In this document: one piece after another, positions 1 to 11,790 of the stretch | Position numbering within the stretch: the first letter of the stretch is position 1 | Layout of the letters: each line of letters begins with the position of its first letter | Origin: Lama guanicoe | Taxonomy: Eukaryota | Length of the DNA: 64,000 bases | Direction: 5' to 3' | Assembly (NCBI GenBank): GCA_013239625.1 | Contig: MU054117.1 | Span: 3,834,677 to 3,898,676 of the forward strand | Made by a program: the position numbers and the translations under genes | Notes under the pieces: model-generated | Told to the model about the DNA's origin: nothing | What the model saw: only the letters and a program-made list of their open reading frames with translations | Database searches by the model: none

Positions 1-616
1 TATCAGCTACTTCTGGCTCCTTGCCAGGTAGTATTTCTTAAAGAAATACTTTTGTCCTTTGAACATTTTTTTTAAAAAATTGACCCATAATAAAGATTTT
101 TTAAAAGAAAATTCTAAAACTAGACTCACTGTAAGTCAAGTTCCATAGATACCAGAAAAACTGGACGTGTAACAATGAATTCCCGTGTTTTCACTTTTTA
201 CTGGATTTTGATTTCTTTGAGTATTGAGTTGAGGGGTGGAAGGAGCGTTTTATTCGTTTTCGCTTCCCTAATATCTAGCAAAGCACCAGGGTCATAATAT
301 GTGTGCAGATAAAGAAGTGAGTGTTTTGCATCTCCCATCACCTCCTCTTCCACTCCTTCTCCTCGCTGGCTAATCCAGGCCAGCCCGACGCTCGGCAATG
401 GGTAAAGGAGGGGAGGGCTGAGCCAGCGGCCATGAGGTTATTATCTGATGGGTGTCAAGGTCCCATTCGCTGCCTGGTCTCTTGGGAGACTAAGGGGGTG
501 CCATTTGCTCATGGTTATACGTCCGTGTGGATCAACTTGCTGAACCCAGGCTAATGGAATCGAACCCAAGGTACATGAGAGCTGGAATGAAGGTGAGAGA
601 ACCACCTGTTGCCCTT

Positions 617-981
617 TGTACTTCTCTGCTGAGGCTGCCCTGACAAAACAACCCAGACCATGTGGCGTAGACGTCAGAAAAGTGTCTTCTCCCAGTTCTG
701 GAGGCTAGAAGGCCCAGACCGAGGTGCCGGGGGCTTGAGCTTCTGGTAAAGGGCCCTCTTCCCGGCTTGGAGACGCTACGCTGCACCTGGCCTTCCTTTG
801 GTGCGTGCATGCAGAGGGGGAGAGAGAGCTCATAAGGACACTAACTCCATCAATTAGGGCCCCACCCTCACGACTTCATTGAATGTTAATTACTTCCTCA
901 GAAGCCCCATTTCCAAATATAGCCGTAGTGGGAGTTAGGACTTCAACACATGCATTTGGGACAAACATTCAGTCTATAACA
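617..981 (-). mobile_element. MaLR solo LTR, MLT1A-like
   Basis: Colinear with recalled reverse-complement MLT1A: 'cagttctggaggctagaag', 'ataaggacactaactccatc...gggccccaccctcacgacttcatt', terminal 'acaaacattcagtctataaca'. Confidence 0.85.
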
Positions 982-1039
982 CTCCTGGACTCTGGGCATT
1001 TGGAAGAATATCCTTTTGACTTTGCATTGAAGGGGAGAA

Positions 1040-1540
1040 AAAAATGGAAGTAGGGGGACCGGTCATGAGGTTGTCGACAAAGCACAGGTGAGAGGTAACG
1101 GTGCATTGGCCTGACTATGGGAAGGCGAATGGATTTAAGTCGTGCTCTGGCTGTAGGAGCAACAGAACCTAGGGGAGGATTAGATATCACAAATGAGCAC
1201 AAGAGAGAAATGAAGGACCTTTCCCAGGATGATGGGGTAACTGATGGGTTTATTAAAATTTATTAGAGGAGGAAAATCAAGAATTCAGTATCTTGCAGTA
1301 ACCTATAGTGAAGAGGAACATGAAAATGAATATATGCATGTATATGCATGACTGAAACATGATGCTGGATGCCATATATGGACACATTGTAACTGACTAT
1401 ACTTCAGTTAAGAAGAAAAAGAATTTGTTTTTGGACATATTAACCGTGAGACTCATGTGCAGGGCCAAGTGGGCACATCAAGGAGGCAGCTGGAAATACA
1501 ACTCTGGAAGTGACCGGAGCGAGCCGGGCAGGGCAGGGGA
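1040..1540 (-). mobile_element. L2 LINE fragment, interrupted by a young L1 tip
   Basis: Purine-rich degenerate L2 motifs ('caggtgagaggtaacggtg', 'tttggacatattaac', 'ggaggcagctggaaatac') on both sides of the insert at 1286-1418. Confidence 0.6.
1286..1418 (+). mobile_element. 5'-truncated camelid-type L1 3' end
   Basis: 'gaatatatgcatgtatatgcatgactgaaacat...gacacattgtaactgactatacttcagtt' plus A-rich tail; flanking direct repeat AAGAATT at 1279-1285 and 1419-1425. Confidence 0.85.
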
Positions 1541-2041
1541 AGAGAGCACCAGCACACAGATGGTCTATAAAGCCGGAGGAGGAGGGACATGGCCAAGGGC
1601 AAGAGTGTGGACTTAGGGGAAATGAAGATCCCGGTCTCACTTGTAACAACTCCAATGTTTCAGTGGAGAAAGGAAAACACACGGTCCAGGGTCTTTCATT
1701 CCATCTCCCTCATCCAGACAAACATTTATAATCAATCACGGCCTTCCTTCTCACTGAGCCAACATGCAGAATTCGATTTCTTCTCGGCACAGCGCTAGAG
1801 AGACCTCCGCCAAAAGATCCGTGCTGGCAAAAGGGAGAAAACCTGATTGACTTCCTGGCTTTTGTTCAAGGGTTACTAAATTTTTTGAGTGAGAATTTCT
1901 TTTTGGCATCAAAATGTTTAAACAAGCCCACATAATGGTAGTTTCATTTTTATTTACTCAGTCAATAGGCTGTAGTTACTGCTCATAAAACGCCGCGGTA
2001 GCCTGGGGCCCTGCGCCTGCTGGGGAATCATGGCTGCAGAG

Positions 2042-2185
2042 TGCCGGTTCTCAAAGTGTGGTCCCTGGATCACCAGGGAACTTGTTAAAAATGTAGACCC
2101 AGCCTAGACTTATTGGGTAAGAAACCCTGTGCTATGACGAGTCCTCTGGGTGATTTTGATGCAGGCTAAAGTTTGAGAACAATTG
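2042..2185. mobile_element. MER5A-like hAT-Charlie MITE
   Basis: Ends 'ggttctcaaagtgtggtcc' and 'aaagtttgagaac' form the terminal inverted repeats; internal 'gggaacttgttaaaaatg' and 'ggtgattttgatgca'. Confidence 0.85.
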
Positions 2186-2273
2186 CTCTTAAAGGCTTCT
2201 AGAAGTAAAGGATTCTTGCTGCTACAGAGAAAGTGGGCTGACTTCTTCTATCCGATCCTTTACAATTCCATCA

Positions 2274-2398
2274 GTGAAAAAGAATATGAAAAGGAATAAA
2301 TGTGTGCATACGCATGACTGGGACATTGTGTTGTACGCCAGAAATCGACACATTGTAACTGACTAAACTGCTATAAAAAATAAAAAATAAATAAATAA
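2274..2398 (+). mobile_element. 5'-truncated camelid-type L1 3' end with 10-bp TSD
   Basis: 'gaaaaagaatatgaaaagg...gcatgactgggacattgtgttgtacgccagaaatcgacacattgtaactgact' plus A-rich tail; perfect TSD AATTCCATCA at 2264-2273 and 2399-2408. Confidence 0.92.
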
Positions 2399-3042
2399 AA
2401 TTCCATCAAGAACTGGGTTCGGGTTTTCAAAAAGTCACTGTGTTCTTAGTGCCTATGAAAGTTCCTGGGAAAATCAAAGGGGCTCAGTAAATACGTGATG
2501 AAAGGTTGATGGACTGAGTGGACGAACTCTTACTATAGAGCATGCCGGAGAAAGGAAGTGGGGGCTGGACAAAACAGCCCCCGCCCTCAGGAAGCCCAGG
2601 GCTGCTAGGAAGAACTCCTCAGCGACGGCAAGCTCAAGAACCATTTTTCTGTCCAGTAATAGCTCTGTCTAAGCCATTCTGTCATTTCATTTGAGCATTG
2701 AGATGTCTCTTGGCACTAGAATCCTAGGAAGGAAAGGGGTGTTGAGTTAGCCATCCCATCATCCCGCGAGCAGGCTGAGCCCGCAGGCCGGCAGGAGGGG
2801 GGCTGCTCACGGGCTCAGAGCTCATGATAGCAGGGCGGCCCTCAACCCAGCGCCGCCTAGAGCACAGGGTGAATGTGGAGGCAGGCAGAGCCCAAGGCCT
2901 CTACTTGGCTCAGTGATCTTGGGAAAGTTTCCCTGAGGTCACATATTTTCCTGAATAAGAATACTCAACCGACAAGACTGCTGTAGAATTCAAATGAGTT
3001 AACTGTGTGCCATGCAGAACTGGTTTTAGTGCTCTCCCCTAC

Positions 3043-3470
3043 TGGGGTGGGCTGGAAGCGGGCTCCCAGAAGACCTCCAGACCCTGTGAATGCGACCTTA
3101 TCTGGAAAAAGGGGCTTTTGCAGATCTGATTGAGTTTAAGGAGCTTGAAAAGGGGAGCTTCCACCAGATCGTCCAGGTGCACCCTAAACACAATTACATG
3201 TGTGCGTTAAGAGATAGACACGCAGAGAAGACAGACCCACAAGGAGAAAGGGAGGTGAAGATGGCAGCAGGGACTGGAGAGATGCTACCACACCCAGGAC
3301 GTTCCAGGGAGCCAGCAACATCGTCAGAAGAGGCAGGAAGGCTTCTCGTCTTGAGCACCTGGAGGGAACACAGTCCTGAGAGATTCTGGACTTCCGGGCT
3401 CCAGATTGGTGAGTGGGTGCAGTTCTGTTGTTTTAAGTCACAGAGTTTATGGAGATTTTTTACAGCACAC
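3043..3470 (+). mobile_element. MaLR solo LTR, MLT1C/D-like
   Basis: 'cctgtgaatgcgaccttatctggaaaaagggg..tttgcagat', 'gtgaagatggcagcagggactggagagatg', 'ttctgttgttttaagtcac..agtttatgg'. The 161-aa ORF 3090-3575 is a chance frame across it. Confidence 0.85.
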
Positions 3471-3536
3471 ACCGAGTGGCAAACCCCCGCTGAAGCCCTC
3501 CCATCCTCACTGCCGTCCTGGAGCTCTGTCTCTCTC

Positions 3537-3772
3537 TTTTTTTCTTTTATAACTGAAGTACAATGTTTCAGGTGAACCACAAAATGATCCGGTTATATTT
3601 ATTTCAGATTCTTTTCCATTCTAGGCTATTACAAGATACTGAATACAAGTCCCTGTGTCGTACAGTAGGACCTTGATGCTTATCTGTTTTATATAGAGTG
3701 GTTTGTATCTGCTGATCCCAAACTCCCAAATGAGCCCTCCTCCCTTCTTTCCCCTTTGGTCACCATAAGTTC
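3537..3772 (-). mobile_element. Cetartiodactyl-type L1 3' end
   Basis: Poly-T then 'ttcagattcttttccattctaggctattacaagatactgaata..gtccctgtg..gtacagtaggaccttg', 'cccctttggtcaccataagtt'. Confidence 0.85.
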
Positions 3773-5322
3773 ACCTGCAGCTTTCCGCAGACCCCCTTTG
3801 TTCCCACTCTGATAGCTTCTCTGGTGAGCCCCTTAACTCAAGCATCTGGGCGCCCACACGAGAGGCGTTGCTGCTGCCTCTGACTTGGAGAATTGGCTCC
3901 GCCGGGGGCGTTCTTGGATGGACGCGTGGGCTTGGATGACTGTGGCTCCCTGGAGCGACAGAATTTGTAACTCTCTTTTATTTTTTTCTTTCTTTCTTTC
4001 TTTTTTTTTTTCTGAATCTAGGTGGTGTCTCCACATTTTTAAGCAAATGGAAGTTGCGAAGCTGCCAAGTAACCCTCCAACGTCCCCCTCCCTGAAAGGA
4101 TGTGCTGCCCCAAAGGGAAGGAAGGAATTAGTCAGAAACCACAGAGCAACTAACGACTGAATCAAACCTAATGAAACATCACCTACAAGGCAGTCCCCTC
4201 CGTCCCAACTCAGTTGGGAATGTCCAGAGAAGAAGGCACATTGCAGCTTCTTTTTTTGGCCAAAATGAACCAGAACCCAGTGCCTGTGTGTGGGGGGGGG
4301 GGGAGAGCTTTTCGTCTGCATATGTGGCATTAACTTTTCTCCAGCAGGGAAAAAACTCTGCAAAAATCCCAGAATAACTGACAAAGGAGACCATCCTCAT
4401 ACCAGGAAGGAAAAGGCTAGGTAAATATTTGCCATCTGTGATGACTGCTCCAAATATCTACCTGAGTGAAGACAAAGGTCGGACAACAATCCCCCCTCCA
4501 GCTGGGGGATGCTGACGTCCCTCAGGGCTTGTTTGCACCCCTTGGAATTGCTGGAGTCTCGGCTGTGAAGTCTCACCCCCACCCCCTCGGCAGAAGCGCC
4601 TGCTGAGTGAGGAAAGCTACAAGAAAGCACACGCCACAAGAATGCATGACTTCCTCCGGGCGCATAGCTGGGCAAACCCCAAGCAGCAGGCTCTGGAGCT
4701 GTGTGCTGCTTCTGAGGGATGCTCTCCTCATCCCTGAACCCACTCCCCCACCCTCGGTTCCCAAGGTGTCTCTCAGGATGGCATCTGGTCTGACTCAGAT
4801 TTGCGTGGCTCCACCTAGCACGACATACTCCCCAAATCTGGACCACAGGGTCTCTGACTCCTTCCAGCCCTGTGTCTGCACGCACGCATGTGGATGAACA
4901 AAGAACGTGCATTTACGTTGCACCGAAGTAACTTATGATGCTGTCACCAAGCCACATTGTCTCCAGTGTTCAACTCCAAAATCTCTGTTATTATGGAAAG
5001 AATGTGTGATAAGGCCACCCGCCCACTTATTTCATACTTTACCTCTTCTTCCGTGGGCCAGAACAGGGCGTCTTGGCTGCAGATTGAACCTCTTTACCAG
5101 GCTCTGAGACAAGCAGCACTCAGGAGGTTTCGTCCAGGGGTGGAGATCACGCTCCTTCCATCAGTATCCGACCTCTCCTGGTAGCATCTCAACGCTGTAA
5201 GGAAACTGCAAAGGAATTTGTAAATAAATCAATGGCAAGAGCCTTGTTCAGAGAGTCCTCCCCCTATTGTGGGAGGGATTCAAGCAGGGTCAAGACCGCA
5301 GCTCAGGTTTGGGATGTTTTGA

Positions 5323-5725
5323 TTTTTAATTGAAATATAGTCAGCTACAGAGTGTCCATTTCTGGTGTCCAGCACAATGTTTCAGTCATACATTCACACA
5401 ATGTATTCCTTTTCATATTCTTTTTCATTATAGGTTACTACAGGATATTGAATCTAGTTCACTATGCTATGCAGAAGAAATTTGCTTCTCATCTATTTTA
5501 TAGATAGTAGTTAGTATTTGCAAATCTCGAGCTCCTGATTTGCCCCTCCCTCCCCTCCTCCCCTCTGGTAGCCGTAAGTTTGTTTACTGTGTCTGTAAGT
5601 CTGTTTCTGTTTTGCAGATAAGTTCATTAGTGTCTTCTTTTTTCATAGATTCCACACATGAGCGATATCATATGGTATTTTTCTTTCTCTTTCTGGCTTT
5701 CTTTACTTAGAATGACGATCTCCAT
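5323..5725 (-). mobile_element. Camelid-type L1 3' UTR fragment (~400 bp)
   Basis: Reverse complement of the same 3' end seen at 2274-2398, extending into 'gtctgtttctgttttgcagataagttcatt...tagattccacacatgagcgatatcatatggtattt'. Confidence 0.9.
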
Positions 5726-6011
5726 TTGCCATTTGCAGCAACAAGGTCTGGGACTTTTTCCATCGTGAATTAGCTTTTTGATGAATCTACTGAGTGACTG
5801 AACGTGGCTGCTTTTAATTGTGCCCGGCTTGTTAGAGGACTTTGTGCAAAGGAGAACTGAATATTCCTGCTCTTCACCTGGGGGGGGGGGGTGGGGACCC
5901 CAAAGGAGGTGTTTCTCTTTCTTTAGATTCTGGGTCCCAGTTAACCCCCAAATCACTCAGCGTGTCCCCCCCACCCCCACCCCCGAGAGGCAAGAGCGGG
6001 CCTGGAGGCAC

Positions 6012-6030
6012 TGGCCACTAGAGGGCGCGC
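6012..6030 (+). promoter_or_regulatory. Strong CTCF-binding motif
   Basis: TGGCCACTAGAGGGCGCGC closely matches the CTCF consensus TGGCCACCAGGGGGCGC and sits in a CpG-dense unique patch. Confidence 0.7.
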
Positions 6031-7610
6031 CACCTCCGCGCCGCGGGCCCCTGGTGGAAGGGATGCAGAGGGAGGGATGGGGGGAGGAGTGACTGCGGGG
6101 GGAGGGGCATGCACTGTGAGATGCGCGGGGACAGAGGATCTGGCTCCATCCAAGGCTTTCTGAACAAGGAATCACAAGCCTCGAAGGGTGGATTTACGGC
6201 CTGGGACGGGAAGGGGAGGTGGGAACAAAAGACAACAGAGTTCAGACATCTCAGGAAGACGGAGAAGAGCGTTTGTCTGAAACCTGCAGAACCTCCCAGT
6301 GTGCACGTGTTTCCGCAGGAAACCTACAGAAGAACTCGGGGTCGCTCTTTTCACGGACCCTTCTGGACTGAGGGCGAGTCGGACCGGATCTGAAGCAGAG
6401 CCAGCTCTGCGGGACAGCTCCGGTGTCCCCACAGGGCGCCCTGGTTCCTTCACGCACCCGGCTAGGCCCCGGGAGCCGGGCAGGGGGCACGAAGGTCGTG
6501 CCATGTAAGCTGCGTGACAGAGTCTGGGGCGGAGAGGGTGTGCTCAGAGGTCTAGGCAGAGGCTGTAAGAGAGGAAGGAGAGCAGGGGTGGGTCTGAGCT
6601 GGTGCTGCCTTGCGGGCGCTGTGGGCTCTGTAGGGGAGGGAGGGCGGGAGGTGGCCGAGCTGGTGTGGCCCCCAGACCATCCGCAATCTGCTGGCCTCGG
6701 GTCGCCGGGAAGCAACAGTATCCCCCTCATTCCTGAGGCCACTGCTAAGCTGCACCTCAGATAGAACATAAGAAGAAGCAAAACTGGATCTCACTCCTAC
6801 CCCCAAACTACGCTCACTTTGGACTATCCCCACTGTCCATTGCAGGAAATATGGGGGGGGACACAGACGCCAGCATCCCCCCTCATGCCTCTGCTCCAAT
6901 CCCCCCATAACGCATGCACCACTCCGACCCCTGGGAAAGGGCTGGTCATTAAGTAGGACTCCCTGCAGACAGTTCAGTGGTCCCTCTGCAGTGACAGAGG
7001 CAGTGAGATGGCTGTGTGTGGGCAGGGGGAGGAGAGCCCCTCTTGTTGACAGAGCTGTCATGCTCGTGATGAATTAATTGCCTCTCGATGAGGGTGCCGC
7101 CGCCGTGGTTTCCACTTCTGCCCCCGGGTTCATCCCCGGGTCTCCTGGCACTTTAGGAAATGAACTGCTATAATTCCACTCTGCTCAGGCAGCCTTCCAC
7201 AGCCGGTCCCGGTTCATGGCTGCTGCCTTGTCACTCAGAAGGCCGTCCAGGGGCAGCCGCGGGGGCCGCTCCCCCCAGAGGCACGGGAGGGGCTGCTGGC
7301 TGGCCGGCCTTCAAGAAGGAAGGCAGATGCCTGACGCTCTGCGGAGTTCGGGGCGGGGAAACCGCAGCCCCAGTGAGTGTGGCCGAAGGTGAGGCTGCCT
7401 CCAGCCACAGGGGCTCACCTGGCGGCCCCAGAGCTGTGCAGGGGTTTGTATTTCCTTGTTGAGCATCTATGTATTAAGCTTTGGTGACTCAGTGTCCTTG
7501 ACGGAGTGGGGACAGTGGTTCTCTCAGACTCACCGGATCACCCCCGGCTCTGACTGTGAGGGGTCCCTAATTTATCACTTTTTGCTAATTTGATTCTGTA
7601 ATCATGTACA

Positions 7611-8082
7611 TGTTTGGGGGCTATCTACTGCTGTGGGAAAGCTCCTCTAAACACAATGCATTTAAAACAATGAACAGTTTTCCTAACTCTTTGGTGGGTC
7701 AAGACTTTGGGCGGGACTTACCTGGGCAATTGTTCTGCCCTGGGCCGCCCCAGCTGGGTCACTGGGTGGCTGGGTGGCACTCAGCAGGTCGCCTGGGAGC
7801 ATCTATGGACTTCACTCTCACATCTGGTGCCTTGTTGGGGGCGGCTAGGGTCCCCTGCTCCCTCCCCCTCTCCTCGGATCTCAGAGCATCTCCACGCGAA
7901 CTCTTTATCAGTGTCGTCGGACTGTGCACAGGGCGGCTTGGGTCCCAGAGACCGAGGCAGCAGCTGCCCAGCCTCCACGCAGCCTCACTTCCACTGCCTC
8001 TGCTGGTCAGAGTGGTCTCAGGCTGTGCAGACTTGGGAAGAGGCAAGTCACACAATGTGCAGCCATCTTTAACCTGCTGCCA
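7611..8082 (-). mobile_element. Old MaLR LTR (MLT1G/H-like)
   Basis: 'gtgggtcaagactttgggcgggacttacctgggcaattgttctgc', 'cttcactctcacatctggtgccttg', 'tcacttccactgc..tctgctggtca', terminal 'gcagccatctttaacctg'. Confidence 0.75.
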
Positions 8083-9709
8083 GAGCCAATTTATTGGTGG
8101 AAATAATTTATCTCTAGGGACAAGGGAGCATTTGTCTTTTTCCAGGCACCCTCCTAACGGAAGCCTCTTTCCTGCAATCCTTCAGAACAGCCGTGGGGCC
8201 AATACATGAGGAAGCATTCTTAAGGTTTGTGTTGCGAAGTGATCAGGATAAAAACAAAACAAAACAGAACTGCCCATCACGTCAGAAGTGCGAGTGACCC
8301 CCCGTCCTTTTCCCGGGTCTGGGTATCTAGATCACCTTATTTCAGTTTTTCCTGTCAAGTCGGTAGTGATAAATGCCACTGGCTTCATATACCTGGGATG
8401 TAGGATCTGCCTTTGGAGGATTGCACACAGCCTGGCCACTGATCCACGAGTGGATGGAAAGAGTGGATTCTCTGCTGTCCCTTCCTCTCCATCAACAGAT
8501 GCTGACACGCACTGTGTGATGCTGACACTGCGTGGTTTTCCTTACACAACCGACTGCGATGTTTTATGGGCTTACTCTGCTCTGTCTCAGGGCTTCAGCC
8601 CCTGGGTCACACTGTAGGTGAGCCTAGAAATCAGTGCAGGGAGGGAACATGTGTGCAGACCTTTGGGCTCCAGAGTCTAGGAGCTCCCTGGTACAAAGGT
8701 GGACCTCGGCAGTTAAACTACCCTGCCAAAGGTGGGAAGAGATTCTGTCTCACAGTTCAAGCCCCAGCAAGTACCACTTTCTAGACCAGACGCACCTCAG
8801 GAAAGTTCCTGGCAGGTGCACCTGCTTTGCCGCTGGACTACGGAAGCCCCTTCCTGGCGGGTGTGGGAGCGTCTTGCTGTGGGATATGGATGAGTTCCAA
8901 GCTCTCGGGTGACCTGGGCCATGGCTTCCCTTGACAGCTTCACTCTAAGGACTTCCAGAGTTCTCTGACAAGGCTAAAAACTCCCCATCCAACCAAAGAT
9001 TCTCGCACATTATTTAAATAGGATGCAAATGTATGGTCTGCTCCGAGCCCTGGCAGATTTCAATTTTTTTATTTTCAGAATGCTGAGGCCTGCCATCAGT
9101 TCACTTGAAGTTCAGTCCAACATGTGCCTATCCCTGACTTTTGTTCATTTTTTATGCAGGTAACATTTTGGAGAATTTTAAAAAGAAGTCCTCGTTGTGT
9201 TCCATTGCCTACCATCCTCCAAAACGATTTCAAAAAAAAAAAAGTTCAGACATTTGTTGCGTGCAGAATAGTTGGGACGTGACCAACTTATCTCCTACTG
9301 CCTGAGCCTCCAAGTTGGATTCTGTCATCCCTCTCCTTGGCAATCCATCATCTATTTCTTTCCTGATCTTTCAGGGGTAGGAACTGCCTATTTGATCAAA
9401 GGGAGTAGTCTCCGAAGGGCACAGGCAGGTCCCACTGGATGGAGGCCATTGGGGTGGGTAGCAGGGAGGGGATCATCATTCACTGCCTTCTTCTGCAGTG
9501 AAATCTGAGCCCATTCACTCCTGAGCTGATCGTGTAGCTGAGAACCCGCAGAAGCTCCACCTTTGCACCTGGGATCTCTGGGGAAGCGGGGCCTGCCTGA
9601 AAGACAAAACCACAGAAGGGGAACCAGAAAATGATGAACCCAGGGTGGGGCTTCGTGGGTGGTATGCGGTCTACGCAGACTCAGGCAAGTCCCACCCAGT
9701 TCAGCCCAG

Positions 9710-9711
<2 letters not shown>

Positions 9712-9748
<37 letters not shown>
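9712..9748. repeat. (TG)18 microsatellite
   Basis: Perfect TG run of 37 bp. Confidence 0.98.
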
Positions 9749-9750
<2 letters not shown>

Positions 9751-11339
9751 ACACGCAATTATACACTTTTCACTTTATGGCCAGTTCCGAGTAAAAGAAA
9801 GGACAAGGGAGTAAGGAAGAATAAAGCAAGAAGAGGAAAAGGGAAGAAAAAGAAGGGCAGAGGGTGTGGCATACGTGGGAGACTGGTCCTTGTCCCTCCT
9901 TCTGTCCTGGGCACATGTCTGGTCCCACTAGGACCTACCCTTCCCAGCTTCCTGGCAGGACCAGTTCTCACCAGTGGGATGACAGTGGAATCAGCATCCG
10001 CTTCACCTCCCGAACTGAACTGCTGTCCCGGCTTTCTCTTCTCCCCCCTGCATCCCAGAAACGGCTGAGCAAGCGGCAGCTCAGTTTTGGCTCACACGGA
10101 GCGGCAGCGGGCAAGGACCGGAGCCCCAGCGGGAGCCTGTGGTGCAGGGGCGCCGCGTCACCGGCGAGGCGGGTGTGCGACTGCACCTGGGCCAGAGCCG
10201 GACGGTCCCATGTCAGTGCCGTGTGTGTAGTCCCTCTGTGTCGTGGCACAGAGAGCCGCAGTCTGCGAAGAAGGGAGGGTGAGAGAAAAACTGAGCAACT
10301 GTGGGAGAAAGGATGACACTGAAGACACGTGATCCATGCGACAGATCCGCCTCCGGGAGGATGCTGGGGAAATTGTCCTGTTTCCCCGAAACTTCTCTCA
10401 AGCCTCTCTGACAGTCATCTCCTGTAGTGTCTTTCAGCAAAGTCATTGCCAGGGCTTCCACGCTGACCTTGAAAGGGGAGGGTGTCTCAAAAGAGCAAAT
10501 GTTACCAAATTAGGGGCACAGCTGGGGGCCCCAGCCAGCGTCTAGCAACCACTTGGAGTGATTGTCGCGGGGTGTGAGCGCCCGCCTCTGAGTGTGGTCT
10601 AGAGGCTGAATGGCCGCGTCTCACGGCTGCGGGAAGGGGGGCCCCGTGCTGACGGGGCATTTGGCGAGGTAACTTCCGAGGTCTCGTCCAACATTGACAG
10701 TCTGCGGGCAAGGGTTAAGTCAGGAAAGCTGAGCCACTGCTTCTGTGCTGCGCCAGTTGTCTGCAGTTTGCGTCGCCGGGCACTTGGGCAGTGGGCTTTA
10801 GGAGCTGATCAGTTCTTAGACCTGCTCTTTGCAGTTCCCCCAAGCCTGCTTCTCCCTTCTCGGGGGTTAGTCAGGAGCTCCCCGTGCACTGCCTGTAATC
10901 AAACCCTGGTTTCGTGGCTTTGTCTTCCTTGGAGACGTCAGGTGTGCCACTTGACAGCTCCAGGCAAGCCCGCTGCCTGCGCGGTTGGCCTTTAGGCTTG
11001 CTGGGAGGGCCTCGGTGATGAGAACGCGTCTCTTACCGACAGAAGCGCAGGTGCCTGAAACTCAGCGACTCCTGCTCTCCCCTCTGTAGTCCCCTCAGTC
11101 CTTTCTAAAACTGCAATCATCCACTGACAGGTAACAAATTAAATGTGCATACAAGAAGCACAGAGAAAGGGGAGATGTTGACAGAGGAAGTTGGCTCTGA
11201 AAAAAAAACTGCTTTTTTCGCGGCTCTCCTTCACACAACCTCTTTGCGTCTGCTGCTGATGTAAGAGAGAAACGCAAGGTGGATGTGCCTTCCAAGTCCC
11301 TTCGTGTTCCAGACCCACACCTGACCCAGGGCTGACAGT

Positions 11340-11790
11340 GACTTACGGCCAAGAGGGCCAGCTGGCCGCCTGGCTTGGCCGACCTCCCTCTCCGAGCCTA
11401 GAGCAGCCCTGGGCCCCGCGATCCCACACGTAATCTTGCGCCGCTCGGGGCTCGAACAGTTGGCCAGGCCGGCGCCTGCGTCTGTGCGGGTCATCTGAGG
11501 AGAAGGGGCGCTTGGGCGGGCCTGAGGGTGACAGGAGAGCCGGGCTGGAGGGGGCGGGCAGGGAGGCAGAGCCCGAGTGACGCGCGGTGACAGAAGGCCA
11601 CCAGACAACTGGCAGAAGGTGAGCAAGGGAGGCTGACTGGAGAGTAAAAGAGGAGGACGGAAAACAAGCCCGAGCACTTGGCCGTCGTGCCGGGGCCTCC
11701 GCGCAGAGGACAGGTTTCAAAGTCACAGCGCGGTCACTCACACATTTGCGGGAGGCGCCTGACCTTCGGCTGGGATGTTTCGGAGTCTCC
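11340..11790. promoter_or_regulatory. CpG-dense unique patch (CpG-island-like)
   Basis: About 34 CpGs hand-counted in 11341-11760; GC-box-like GGGGCGGG near 11551. Confidence 0.5.
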
